Below are positions 7,963-15,432 of a DNA stretch of 29,151 bases, in pieces. How positions within the stretch are numbered: the stretch's first letter is position 1; every line of letters begins with the position of its first letter. Origin of the DNA: a virus (lineage: Duplodnaviria; Caudoviricetes); IMG/VR virus record IMGVR_UViG_3300034096_000408, positions 1 to 29,151 of that record. One strand, 5' to 3'. The notes beneath the pieces were generated by a model. The model had not been told where the DNA came from. It saw only the letters and a program-made list of their open reading frames with translations, and ran no database searches. The translations under genes and the position numbers were made by a program.

Positions 7963-8267
7963 ACCTAGCTTTTTTAATTAAGCGCCTGGAGGCGTTAGAG
8001 GCTCGGATAGAAAAATTAGAAAAGAGAAAAGGCGTGGAAAAATTCGAAGCGCCTACTCTTTTTGAAATTGAAAACGAGTGCCAAAATAAAGTAATTGCCC
8101 AAAACTTTTTTAACTACTACGAGGCCAACGGGTGGCACGTGGGTAAAGTAAAAATGAAAAATTGGCGTGCAGCTTTACGTAAATGGATAACCCCAAAAAC
8201 AAACGAAAATGAGCGAGTTGGTAGAATACAACAGCATGAGCTTCAAGCGTTCCTTAACAAGCCTTGA
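7959..8267 (+). CDS. Replisome-organiser C-terminal-domain protein
   Basis: FEAPTLFEI...FFNYYEANGWHVGKVKMKNWRAALRKW is typical of phage replication initiator C-termini; short N-terminal coiled coil. Confidence 0.7.
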   Translation: MNLAFLIKRLEALEARIEKLEKRKGVEKFEAPTLFEIENECQNKVIAQNFFNYYEANGWHVGKVKMKNWRAALRKWITPKTNENERVGRIQQHELQAFLNKP

Positions 8268-8952
8268 AAAGCATTTTGTGGACGAACTGCACGGTAAAAA
8301 AGTAATAAGCTTAGACCCTTCCACATGGCGCCAACTTATAGCCCAGGCATGCGTAACAAATGGAATAAAGGACTTGCCGAGCGACATAGAGGTAGACTTA
8401 CTGCTCAAAAGCTTTGAAAGTAATAAGTTTGTTGGCATTACTCTACAAGCTTTTAACCTAGCGTTCTATTTAAATGCTATGGGAACGGAATGGGAGCGAG
8501 TAGATAGCTTTAACTGTTTCTCGGTGGCTTTCATGTGCGACGTACTTAACAGCTATCTAGACCTTAAGAACAAGAAATGGATAGAAATAAACAAGGCTAT
8601 TAAGCAACCTGACGCACTGCCCAAAACTACTAACTCCGAAATGGATCTACACGAGTGGCTGCAGTCGGATATTAAACGCTATTCAGAGGGTAAATGGCAG
8701 TATATCGAAGTATACGCGGCTAGTGTAGCTCGTGAAATGTTTAGTAAAAAACTATTTACCCCTGACGACTTTACACCGGAGCAGTGGAGTAATTGGCGTA
8801 GCTCGGCACAGTTCCGCACCCAGGGGAAGTGGAAAAGCGAAGGTAGACGTTTAGAATTTGCTAAAGAGGATTTTACTTTTGAGGTTAACCAAGAAGTAGG
8901 TAGAGCTGTTTACGAGTACATTTTAAAAAATAAATTAAACCCTAAAAACTAA
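8209..8952 (+). CDS. Hypothetical replication-module protein (possible helicase loader)
   Basis: Position after the initiator-like gene only; no Walker motif seen. Confidence 0.4.
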   Translation: MSELVEYNSMSFKRSLTSLEKHFVDELHGKKVISLDPSTWRQLIAQACVTNGIKDLPSDIEVDLLLKSFESNKFVGITLQAFNLAFYLNAMGTEWERVDSFNCFSVAFMCDVLNSYLDLKNKKWIEINKAIKQPDALPKTTNSEMDLHEWLQSDIKRYSEGKWQYIEVYAASVAREMFSKKLFTPDDFTPEQWSNWRSSAQFRTQGKWKSEGRRLEFAKEDFTFEVNQEVGRAVYEYILKNKLNPKN

Positions 8953-8957
8953 AAATT

Positions 8958-9209
8958 ATGGAAAACAAGAAACAAAGTAGTATTGAGGAAATTTTTTCTC
9001 ACATCAAAGCCTCAAGAAATGACATTCAGTATTGGAATGACTCAATGCTTGTTGATTGGTTATTGGAGCAAGAGGATAGACTCAAAGCAATGCACAAGGA
9101 GGAGATAATTAACGCAGCTAATAATGGATGCAAAGGAATGTGTTATTTGGATTCATCAAGAGAAGGAAAACAATACTATACTAAAACATTTGGAGGTAAC
9201 AATGAGTAA
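8958..9209 (+). CDS. Hypothetical phage protein (KAMHKEEII...YY.KTF type)
   Basis: ORF track; resembles a small protein family I recall from aquatic Bacteroidota phages. Confidence 0.7.
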   Translation: MENKKQSSIEEIFSHIKASRNDIQYWNDSMLVDWLLEQEDRLKAMHKEEIINAANNGCKGMCYLDSSREGKQYYTKTFGGNNE

Positions 9210-9375
9210 AACTTTAGACGCAGTAATAGCCGACTTAAAAAGTAGAGAGGAGAAAGGCATTCAGACTTATGGAGGCACAGTAGACCAGGCTAACTTAACT
9301 AAAGAGCAATGGCTACAGCATGCATATGAGGAAGCTCTTGATCTTTGTATCTATCTCAAAAAGTTAATGGAATGA
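9202..9375 (+). CDS. Small all-alpha NTP-pyrophosphatase (MazG/dUTPase-like) fold protein
   Basis: REEKGIQTYG...WLQHAYEEALDLCIYL contains an EExxD motif; ATG 9202. Confidence 0.5.
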   Translation: MSKTLDAVIADLKSREEKGIQTYGGTVDQANLTKEQWLQHAYEEALDLCIYLKKLME

Positions 9376-9590
9376 ATAAAATAATAACTCGTGAATGGCT
9401 GACCGAAAACGGATTCAAAAATATTACTGAGAGAGTATATTTTCTAAATGACTTAGGTTATGAATTCGGAATTACACATAAAGCTGTAGTGAAGGTAAAA
9501 CATGGTTTTATTCTTTTGAAAGATATTCAGTATATGCACGAACTCAGCGACTTAAATTATGCTCTAACCGGAAAACAACTAGATGTATAA
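9372..9590 (+). CDS. Hypothetical phage protein
   Basis: ITREWLTENGF...YMHELSDLNYALTGKQL; ATG 9372 overlaps the upstream stop. Confidence 0.7.
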   Translation: MNKIITREWLTENGFKNITERVYFLNDLGYEFGITHKAVVKVKHGFILLKDIQYMHELSDLNYALTGKQLDV

Positions 9591-9624
9591 CTAAGACTAT
9601 TTTGATAAAACGAACTTCCTTTAA

Positions 9625-9633
9625 TTTACACTA
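9625..9633 (+). promoter_or_regulatory. TTTACACTA motif, candidate phage-sigma promoter (copy 1)
   Basis: The same 9-mer occurs at 15418, 17625 and 26701, always at a gene boundary. Confidence 0.55.
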
Positions 9634-9659
9634 CTTAGTGTGGTGTTAATAACTAACTA

Positions 9660-9688
9660 AAGAGCTGTATTAACCTACAGCTTTTTTT
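9660..9688 (+). terminator. Rho-independent terminator
   Basis: AGCTGTA-ttaacc-TACAGCT hairpin followed by a T run. Confidence 0.8.
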
Positions 9689-9701
9689 ATACCTTTACAA
9701 T

Positions 9702-10064
9702 ATGTGGCCATTCAAAAAGAAAGTAAAGCAAGCGGTTAAACCCGAGGAACTTTTAAAAGACTTGCAGCCGACGCTATGCAGTACCTACGTTATTCAGTGG
9801 AACTATGCCGAGGATCTAGAAAACGAGGCCATTTTTGCTGATAACGTGCCTCTAGCTTTTGACGCCAGGGAGGCTATAGCCATTCAGGCGGAAGTAGAAT
9901 TTAGCGCAGACGGCACCTATAAAGTAGGTCATAAAACACTAGTGTTTCTAAAAGGCGCAGGCGCACCGTTTATAGTTGACGTGCCTTACAACGAGTTTAA
10001 AAAATATTGGCAGGAATTTAAAACAAACGAAGCATATAATGAAATCTACAAGAACAGGCCGTAA
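9702..10064 (+). CDS. Hypothetical protein
   Basis: ORF track. Confidence 0.75.
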   Translation: MWPFKKKVKQAVKPEELLKDLQPTLCSTYVIQWNYAEDLENEAIFADNVPLAFDAREAIAIQAEVEFSADGTYKVGHKTLVFLKGAGAPFIVDVPYNEFKKYWQEFKTNEAYNEIYKNRP

Positions 10065-10914
10065 CATAATTATTACGCAGGCTAAAGTAACTGACCGCTT
10101 TTATTTAATGTCTGACGTGCATTGGGATAACCCCCATTGCGACCGAAAACTATTAAAACAGCATTTAGACAAATGCCTAGATGAAAATATAGGCATAGCT
10201 ATAAATGGAGATTTATTTTGCCTTATGCAGGGCAAGTATGACCCCAGGCGTAGTAAAAATGATATACGACCGGAGCACAACGTAGCGAACTACTTAGACG
10301 CAGTTGTAAACACGGCTATAGATTATTTTAAACCTTACGCCCATTTAATACAGTTCGTCGGATATGGCAACCATGAAACGGCTATAATTAAGAACTGCGA
10401 GACTGACGTAATAGAGCGCTTCGTGAGTGGATTAAATAGAGAGGCAGGTACTGAAATACAGGTAGGCGGTTATGGCGGTTGGTGGGTTCAACGATTAGAA
10501 ATAAGAAAAAATAACTACGCTATTTTTAAAATAAAATACTATCATGGCTCAGGCGGTGGGGGTGTTGTTACTAAGGGTGTTATTCAAAATAACCGCATGC
10601 AGGTAATGATAGAAGGAGCCGACGCTATTTGGAGCGGCCACGTTCACGAGCTTTATCATCACGCAGATATGGCAGAGGAACTAAGCTACTCTACCAATGG
10701 CGGCTTTAGAATAAATATGAAATACATACACCACGTAAGAACGGCTAGTTATAAAGAGGAATACGACGAGGGTTTTATGGGTTTTCACGTTGAACGCATG
10801 CGACCCCCTAAACCTCTAGGAGGTTACGAATTAAACTTTACTACAAAACGCGAACGCAAGGTGCAGGATATAGTAGAATTAGTGCCTACTTTTGTGCAAT
10901 GGCGAGACAAATAG
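10039..10914 (+). CDS. Calcineurin-like metallophosphoesterase
   Basis: All five motifs present: SDVH, GD, GNHE, HG, GHVH; ATG 10039. Confidence 0.88.
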   Translation: MKSTRTGRNIIITQAKVTDRFYLMSDVHWDNPHCDRKLLKQHLDKCLDENIGIAINGDLFCLMQGKYDPRRSKNDIRPEHNVANYLDAVVNTAIDYFKPYAHLIQFVGYGNHETAIIKNCETDVIERFVSGLNREAGTEIQVGGYGGWWVQRLEIRKNNYAIFKIKYYHGSGGGGVVTKGVIQNNRMQVMIEGADAIWSGHVHELYHHADMAEELSYSTNGGFRINMKYIHHVRTASYKEEYDEGFMGFHVERMRPPKPLGGYELNFTTKRERKVQDIVELVPTFVQWRDK

Positions 10915-12218
10915 AATGGCATTTTAAACCACTGCCAAGACAGCAGGAAGCTCTACAATTTTTAAGCAACGACAGTAATACCGAAGTAATACTTTACGGA
11001 GGCGCTGCAGGTGGTGGTAAGACAATGCTAGGTTGTACTTGGCAAATTATACGACGTCTTAAATACCCAGGCACGCGGTCATTAATAGGCAGGGCGAAAT
11101 TAGATACTCTAAAGAAAACAACTATAGCTACCTTTATGGAAGTAGCTAATAATATAGGTTTAATACCAGGGCAGGACTTTGTATATAATCAACAAAGCCA
11201 CATAATTAAGTTTATGAACGGCTCGGAAATTATACTAGCCGACCTCTTTTTATACCCTTCTGACCCGCATTTTACGGATCTAGGAGGGTTGGAAATTACC
11301 GACGCATTTATAGACGAAGCTACCGAAATAAGCGAGAAAGCTTTTAATATAGTTAGCTCACGTATTCGTTATAAATTAAACGAGTATAACTTAAAGCCAA
11401 AAATATTACTTACCTGCAACCCGTCTAAAGGTTGGATATATAACCAATTTTACCTACCCTATAAAAATAATTCACTCGCGGAGCACCGAGCTTTTATTCA
11501 GGCATTACCTGGGGACAACTTGCACCTACCTAGTGGCTACGTGGTAAGCTTACAACGTTTGCCCGAAGTAGATAGAAAACGACTGCTAGAGGGAGATTGG
11601 GAGTTTGATAATTCAGCGGATAGGCTATACCAATACGACGAGCTTATTAGGTGCTTCCGTGAACCTTTGAATGTGGGAGAAAGTTATATAACGGGAGATA
11701 TTGCGCGGCTCGGTAAAGATAGAACGGTGCTATGCGCGTGGAAGGGTTTAAGCTGCGTAGATATTGTTATACTTAGGCAGAAGCGCCAAGACGAAGTAAA
11801 GGCAGAAATACAGCGACTGCAGAAAATGTATAACGTAAAACTGTCTAACGTACTTGTAGACGAAGACGGGGTAGGGGGTGGCCTAGTTGACGCCATGCGC
11901 TGCCGCGGTTTCCAAAACGGAAGTAAGGCGGTAAGAGGTTCGCACTACCAAAATTTAAAAGCCGACTGTTACTTTAAACTAGGGGAGCTAATAGATAAAA
12001 ACGAAATAACTCTACCGGTACGACTGCAGGAAGATATAGTAAAAGAATTAGAGCTAATTAGACGAGTAGACCCTGACAAGGAAGGGAAGCTACGGGTTAC
12101 GAGTAAAGATACCATTTCACAGCGTACAGGTGGACTTTCGCCCGATATTGCCGACGCTATAATGATGAGAGCCTATTTTGAATTACAACCGAATTTTAAT
12201 AAATACGCGTTTATATAG
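10899..12218 (+). CDS. terL: Terminase large subunit
   Basis: Walker A YGGAAGGGKT, Walker B FIDEATE, coupling motif TCNP, RNase-H-like GDIARLGKD and SPDIADA. Confidence 0.96.
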   Translation: MARQIEWHFKPLPRQQEALQFLSNDSNTEVILYGGAAGGGKTMLGCTWQIIRRLKYPGTRSLIGRAKLDTLKKTTIATFMEVANNIGLIPGQDFVYNQQSHIIKFMNGSEIILADLFLYPSDPHFTDLGGLEITDAFIDEATEISEKAFNIVSSRIRYKLNEYNLKPKILLTCNPSKGWIYNQFYLPYKNNSLAEHRAFIQALPGDNLHLPSGYVVSLQRLPEVDRKRLLEGDWEFDNSADRLYQYDELIRCFREPLNVGESYITGDIARLGKDRTVLCAWKGLSCVDIVILRQKRQDEVKAEIQRLQKMYNVKLSNVLVDEDGVGGGLVDAMRCRGFQNGSKAVRGSHYQNLKADCYFKLGELIDKNEITLPVRLQEDIVKELELIRRVDPDKEGKLRVTSKDTISQRTGGLSPDIADAIMMRAYFELQPNFNKYAFI

Positions 12219-12220
12219 TA

Positions 12221-12450
12221 GTCGCAAGTATAGTAAACTTTTGCGACAACCAACAAAAGACAATAAAAGACGTCTAGTGGCAAACGTTTGACGTAGATAA
12301 TTTTCACCAAAATAAGGCTTATAGTTGATAATAACCCACAGGACCACAACTCCTAAAAAGTGTAAATTTTTACATTTATTGGTACTTAAAAATGTACCGT
12401 AAGGGTATAATGACTAAGAAACCATATTTTAATATACCCGATAAGGTACA
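12221..12450. repeat. Non-coding array of short unrelated palindromes and tandem repeats
   Basis: GTCGCAA-N13-TTGCGAC; CAAYAAAAGA x2; AGACGTCT; CAAACGTTTG; TGTAAA-tt-TTTACA; GGTAC-N8-GTACC; nested inverted repeat 12393-12409/12433-12450. Confidence 0.75.
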
Positions 12451-12485
12451 AAAAAAAAGGGCTCACCTTTGTGAGCACCTTTCTT
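12450..12485 (-). terminator. Rho-independent terminator, strongest on the minus strand (probably bidirectional)
   Basis: A9 tract, then AAAGG-GCTCAC-cttt-GTGAGC-a-CCTTT hairpin; weaker TTTCTT tail on the + strand. Confidence 0.75.
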
Positions 12486-12533
12486 AAACCATAAACAACT
12501 AACTTTTACATTTGACACAGCAGAAAATTAGTG
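12450..12533 (-). ncRNA. Candidate ~80-nt minus-strand small RNA
   Basis: Minus-strand TACATTTG (-7 box) at 12544-12537 points into a terminator with a U9 tail; no ORF. No -33 box seen. Confidence 0.4.
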
Positions 12534-12626
12534 TTACAAATGTATTCAGTGAATTTCTATTGTTAATAAGATAGTTGTTAAACGAATAGCCAAGTTATTA
12601 AATAGAATTACTTTTATAATTAGAAA

Positions 12627-12971
12627 ATGAAGCACGAAGAAAGTAAAATACAGGAACTAGTAGTTAGGTACTTACGAGCTGCCTACCCTACGGCTTTATT
12701 TTGCGCAAGTTCGGGAGGTGCTAGAATGAGTATGAAACAAGCTTTAGTTATGAAACGCACGGGTTACGTTCGCGGCGTTCCCGATCTAGCCATTTATGAA
12801 CCTAGAAATAATAAGCACGGTTTATTTATTGAAATAAAAACGGATAAGGGAGTAGCTAGCTCATTTCAAAAGGAATGGCAGGAAAAGTTAATAGAGAGAG
12901 GATATGATGCGAAGATATGCAAAGGCTTAGACGCATGTATAAAAACTATAGATGAGTACTTTAGATCGTGA
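12627..12971 (+). CDS. VRR-NUC (PD-(D/E)xK) nuclease, probable Holliday junction resolvase
   Basis: E..IQ...GVPDL...LFIEIK...S.FQKEW...L..RGY motifs. Confidence 0.9.
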   Translation: MKHEESKIQELVVRYLRAAYPTALFCASSGGARMSMKQALVMKRTGYVRGVPDLAIYEPRNNKHGLFIEIKTDKGVASSFQKEWQEKLIERGYDAKICKGLDACIKTIDEYFRS

Positions 12972-13479
12972 AATAAATAAGTATTACGCCGAATGGCGGA
13001 GAATTGCTCGGAGTGAATACCCAGGCAATACGGATAAAGCCGACGACTTACTCCACGAAGTACTTATAAAAATACTAGAGGGCGACCGAGATAAGATAGA
13101 GGGAATAATAAAGAGAAATAAGTTTAAACAGTACGTTAGTAACTGCATTCGATTTATGGCCCGCTGCTCTAACAGCTCATTTAATTATACAGTAATGAAA
13201 TTCGAGAAAATTAGAACGGAGCTCACGGGCGACATTCAAGAAGATTTTACCTCAGCTATTCCCGTTCGGTTATTCAATGAGCAGATAGATATTTATATTA
13301 GTAGGCTCCCATTTTTCGAGCGAGAGCTTTTACTACTTTATGCCCTAGACGATTTTAGTTACCAAAAATTGAGCGAAGAAACGAATATAAGCCGCAGCTA
13401 TTTGTACCGCACAATAGAAAACGCTAAGACTATGCTACGTAATTCACTAACCTTAAATAAGTACGATGTTAATAAATGA
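12952..13479 (+). CDS. ECF/sigma-70-like phage sigma factor
   Basis: Region-2-like ADDLLHEVLIKI and region-4 HTH LPFFERELLLL...FSYQKLSEETNISRSYLYRTIENAK. Confidence 0.82.
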   Translation: MSTLDREINKYYAEWRRIARSEYPGNTDKADDLLHEVLIKILEGDRDKIEGIIKRNKFKQYVSNCIRFMARCSNSSFNYTVMKFEKIRTELTGDIQEDFTSAIPVRLFNEQIDIYISRLPFFERELLLLYALDDFSYQKLSEETNISRSYLYRTIENAKTMLRNSLTLNKYDVNK

Positions 13480-13984
13480 AAACGACTATAAGGCAAGGCT
13501 AGACATTTGTAAAGCCTGTCCGGTATTCAATGAAAAGTTTGCAACCTGCGGACCTCCAACGAACGCCATTAATCCGTTTAAAAAACCGCATACCTTAGAC
13601 GGTGTAACATTTAAGCCTTGCGGTTGCCCTGTTGCCCATTTGGCTAGTTACGCGGTCCAAGACTGCCCAGGCAAGAGGTGGCCAAAGTTAAACGCGGAGC
13701 AATGGAAGCCTCAGGCAATGAAGTTTTTACAGGAGCTAAAAGAGAGGGGAGAAAAGCAATATAACACGCGAATGAGTGCAAAGGAAGTTAGCCAAGTTTT
13801 CGAGCTAAGAAAAGAGCTACTAGGCAAACGTGATAACAAGACATTCACTAACTGCGGGAGCTGCATGAAGGAACTCATTAATACATTAAATATATTTTTG
13901 GCCAACGATCTAAAGACTACTGAGCCTATACCGACAGTAGAAAAAAAGAAAAGAGGCCGTAAACCTAAAAACCCACAACTATGA
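13466..13984 (+). CDS. Cys-rich (Zn-binding) hypothetical protein
   Basis: RLDICKAC...CGC...CPGKRW plus a second CGSC; basic tail KKKRGRKPK. Confidence 0.7.
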   Translation: MLINENDYKARLDICKACPVFNEKFATCGPPTNAINPFKKPHTLDGVTFKPCGCPVAHLASYAVQDCPGKRWPKLNAEQWKPQAMKFLQELKERGEKQYNTRMSAKEVSQVFELRKELLGKRDNKTFTNCGSCMKELINTLNIFLANDLKTTEPIPTVEKKKRGRKPKNPQL

Positions 13985-14199
13985 TTTTAAAAATTTACTT
14001 AATTGGAATACTTATTTATATGGCAGCAATATTTATAATGGTATTCCTAGTTAACTCAGCAGATAAAAATTTTCTTAAAGAGAATAATTTAGAGATAACT
14101 CACAACCTAGCTATTAAAGTTTTTTGGAACGGTTTATTTTGGCCATTTCTATTAATTGACTTATTGTATAATTTTTATAAAAAAAACTCTGAAATATGA
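13981..14199 (+). CDS. Small 2-TM membrane protein (..LFWP..)
   Basis: Two hydrophobic helices; GLFWPFLL motif. Confidence 0.7.
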   Translation: MILKIYLIGILIYMAAIFIMVFLVNSADKNFLKENNLEITHNLAIKVFWNGLFWPFLLIDLLYNFYKKNSEI

Positions 14200-14378
14200 T
14201 TTTAAGCATTTACTTAGTAGTACTTACTATTCACACACTATTTTTGAGCGCATACGTAGCGAATTACGAACGCGAGTTCGTTAATTGGTATACATTCCTC
14301 GGCATATTCTTAACAGGCTTAGTATGGCCTTTATTTTGGTGCCATTGGTGTTACCTTAATTTATTTAAAAAAAAGTGA
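14196..14378 (+). CDS. Small 2-TM membrane protein (..LVWP..), paralog-like to the upstream gene
   Basis: MILSIYL versus MILKIYL; GLVWPLF versus GLFWPFL. Confidence 0.7.
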   Translation: MILSIYLVVLTIHTLFLSAYVANYEREFVNWYTFLGIFLTGLVWPLFWCHWCYLNLFKKK

Positions 14379-14423
14379 ATAACTAAATTTCTAACCTATC
14401 TAAATATTGTTAATCTTTGTGGC

Positions 14424-14514
14424 ATGCGAAATAGGGGATACAATAGTTTAGTTCAAGATTTTCCAAAAGTGGTGCCTGGGGTGGTTTCGCATACGCCCTG
14501 GGCATTTTCTTTTT
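14424..14514 (+). ncRNA. Candidate structured RNA or attenuator ending in a terminator
   Basis: Near-consensus TAATCTTTG at 14411-14419. 11-bp hairpin 14473-14504 plus T tract. Loop TTTCGCAT is complementary to 5' ATGCGAAA. Confidence 0.45.
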
Positions 14515-14629
14515 ATGACTAGAGAGACCCATTTAACCTGCGTAAGGCAAAGCGCAGTATCAAAAGCCAACACTTGCAATAAATACAATGCTTGGACCGA
14601 GTAAATGCTTCTTGTGAGCGTGAACGTTT

Positions 14630-14757
14630 GTTTTTCTTGGGGGAGCTTTTTCTTTTCTTTCTTTTTCTTTTTTAGCTTTTTTCTTTTTCTTTCTTTTCTT
14701 TTGAATACTGTTATATATATACTTATTTATACTTATATATACTTAATAAATACTAAC
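14630..14757. other. Polypyrimidine tract plus AT-rich repeats; candidate replication origin
   Basis: ~55 nt of almost pure (C)TTTT repeats at 14647-14702, followed by three TATACTTA-type repeats; non-coding. Confidence 0.4.
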
Positions 14758-14758
14758 T

Positions 14759-15388
14759 ATGCTCAACATAACTAACGAAGATAACATGGAGCTCATGGCT
14801 CGCTACCCTGATAAGTATTTTGATTTGGCTATTGTAGACCCGCCTTATGGAATAGGTATTGACGGACAAAAAAAAAGCATCAGTAAAAATTCTAAACATA
14901 ACAGAAAAGAACACACTAAAAAAAATTGGGATTTTCAAATACCTTCTAAAGAATACTTTAATGAACTTAAAAGAGTATCTAAGAATCAAATTATTTGGGG
15001 GGGTAATTATTTTACTGAATATCTTTATTCAACAAAAGCGTGGATTTTTTGGTACAAAGGTCAAAATGATTTAACAATGAGTGACGGAGAAATGGCTTGG
15101 ACTTCATTTAATAAAGTAACAAGACAAATAGAAATAAACCGTGCTAATTTAATTTCACAAAATACTTTTCACCCAACAGAAAAACCGATAAAACTTTACA
15201 AATGGCTTTTATCAAACTACGCAAAGGAAGGGGATAAAATACTTGACACCCACTTAGGTAGTGGCTCAATAGCAATAGCGTGCCATGACTACGGCTTTGA
15301 CTTAACCGCCTGTGAACTTGATAAAGAATACTTCGACAAAGCAATGCAACGCATAAACAACCACATCGCACAAATAAAAATGTTTTAG
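14759..15388 (+). CDS. Orphan N6-adenine/N4-cytosine DNA methyltransferase (beta class)
   Basis: Catalytic DPPY near the N-terminus, HPTEKP, SAM-binding LDTHLGSGS near the C-terminus. Confidence 0.93.
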   Translation: MLNITNEDNMELMARYPDKYFDLAIVDPPYGIGIDGQKKSISKNSKHNRKEHTKKNWDFQIPSKEYFNELKRVSKNQIIWGGNYFTEYLYSTKAWIFWYKGQNDLTMSDGEMAWTSFNKVTRQIEINRANLISQNTFHPTEKPIKLYKWLLSNYAKEGDKILDTHLGSGSIAIACHDYGFDLTACELDKEYFDKAMQRINNHIAQIKMF

Positions 15389-15417
15389 TAATACTAAATA
15401 ACTAAAACTCTCTACTT

Positions 15418-15426
15418 TTTACACTA
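15418..15426 (+). promoter_or_regulatory. TTTACACTA motif (copy 2)
   Basis: 6 nt upstream of ATG 15433. Confidence 0.55.
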
Positions 15427-15432
15427 TATTGT

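Noticed and set aside
12221-12450. CRISPR or mini-CRISPR array
   Set aside because: No recurring repeat unit with regular spacing; no cas genes.
14868-14876. A9 run in the methyltransferase as a phase-variation or frameshift site
   Set aside because: Lies in an AT-rich Lys-rich variable loop, the gene is intact, and the run is not at a domain boundary that would give a sensible product.
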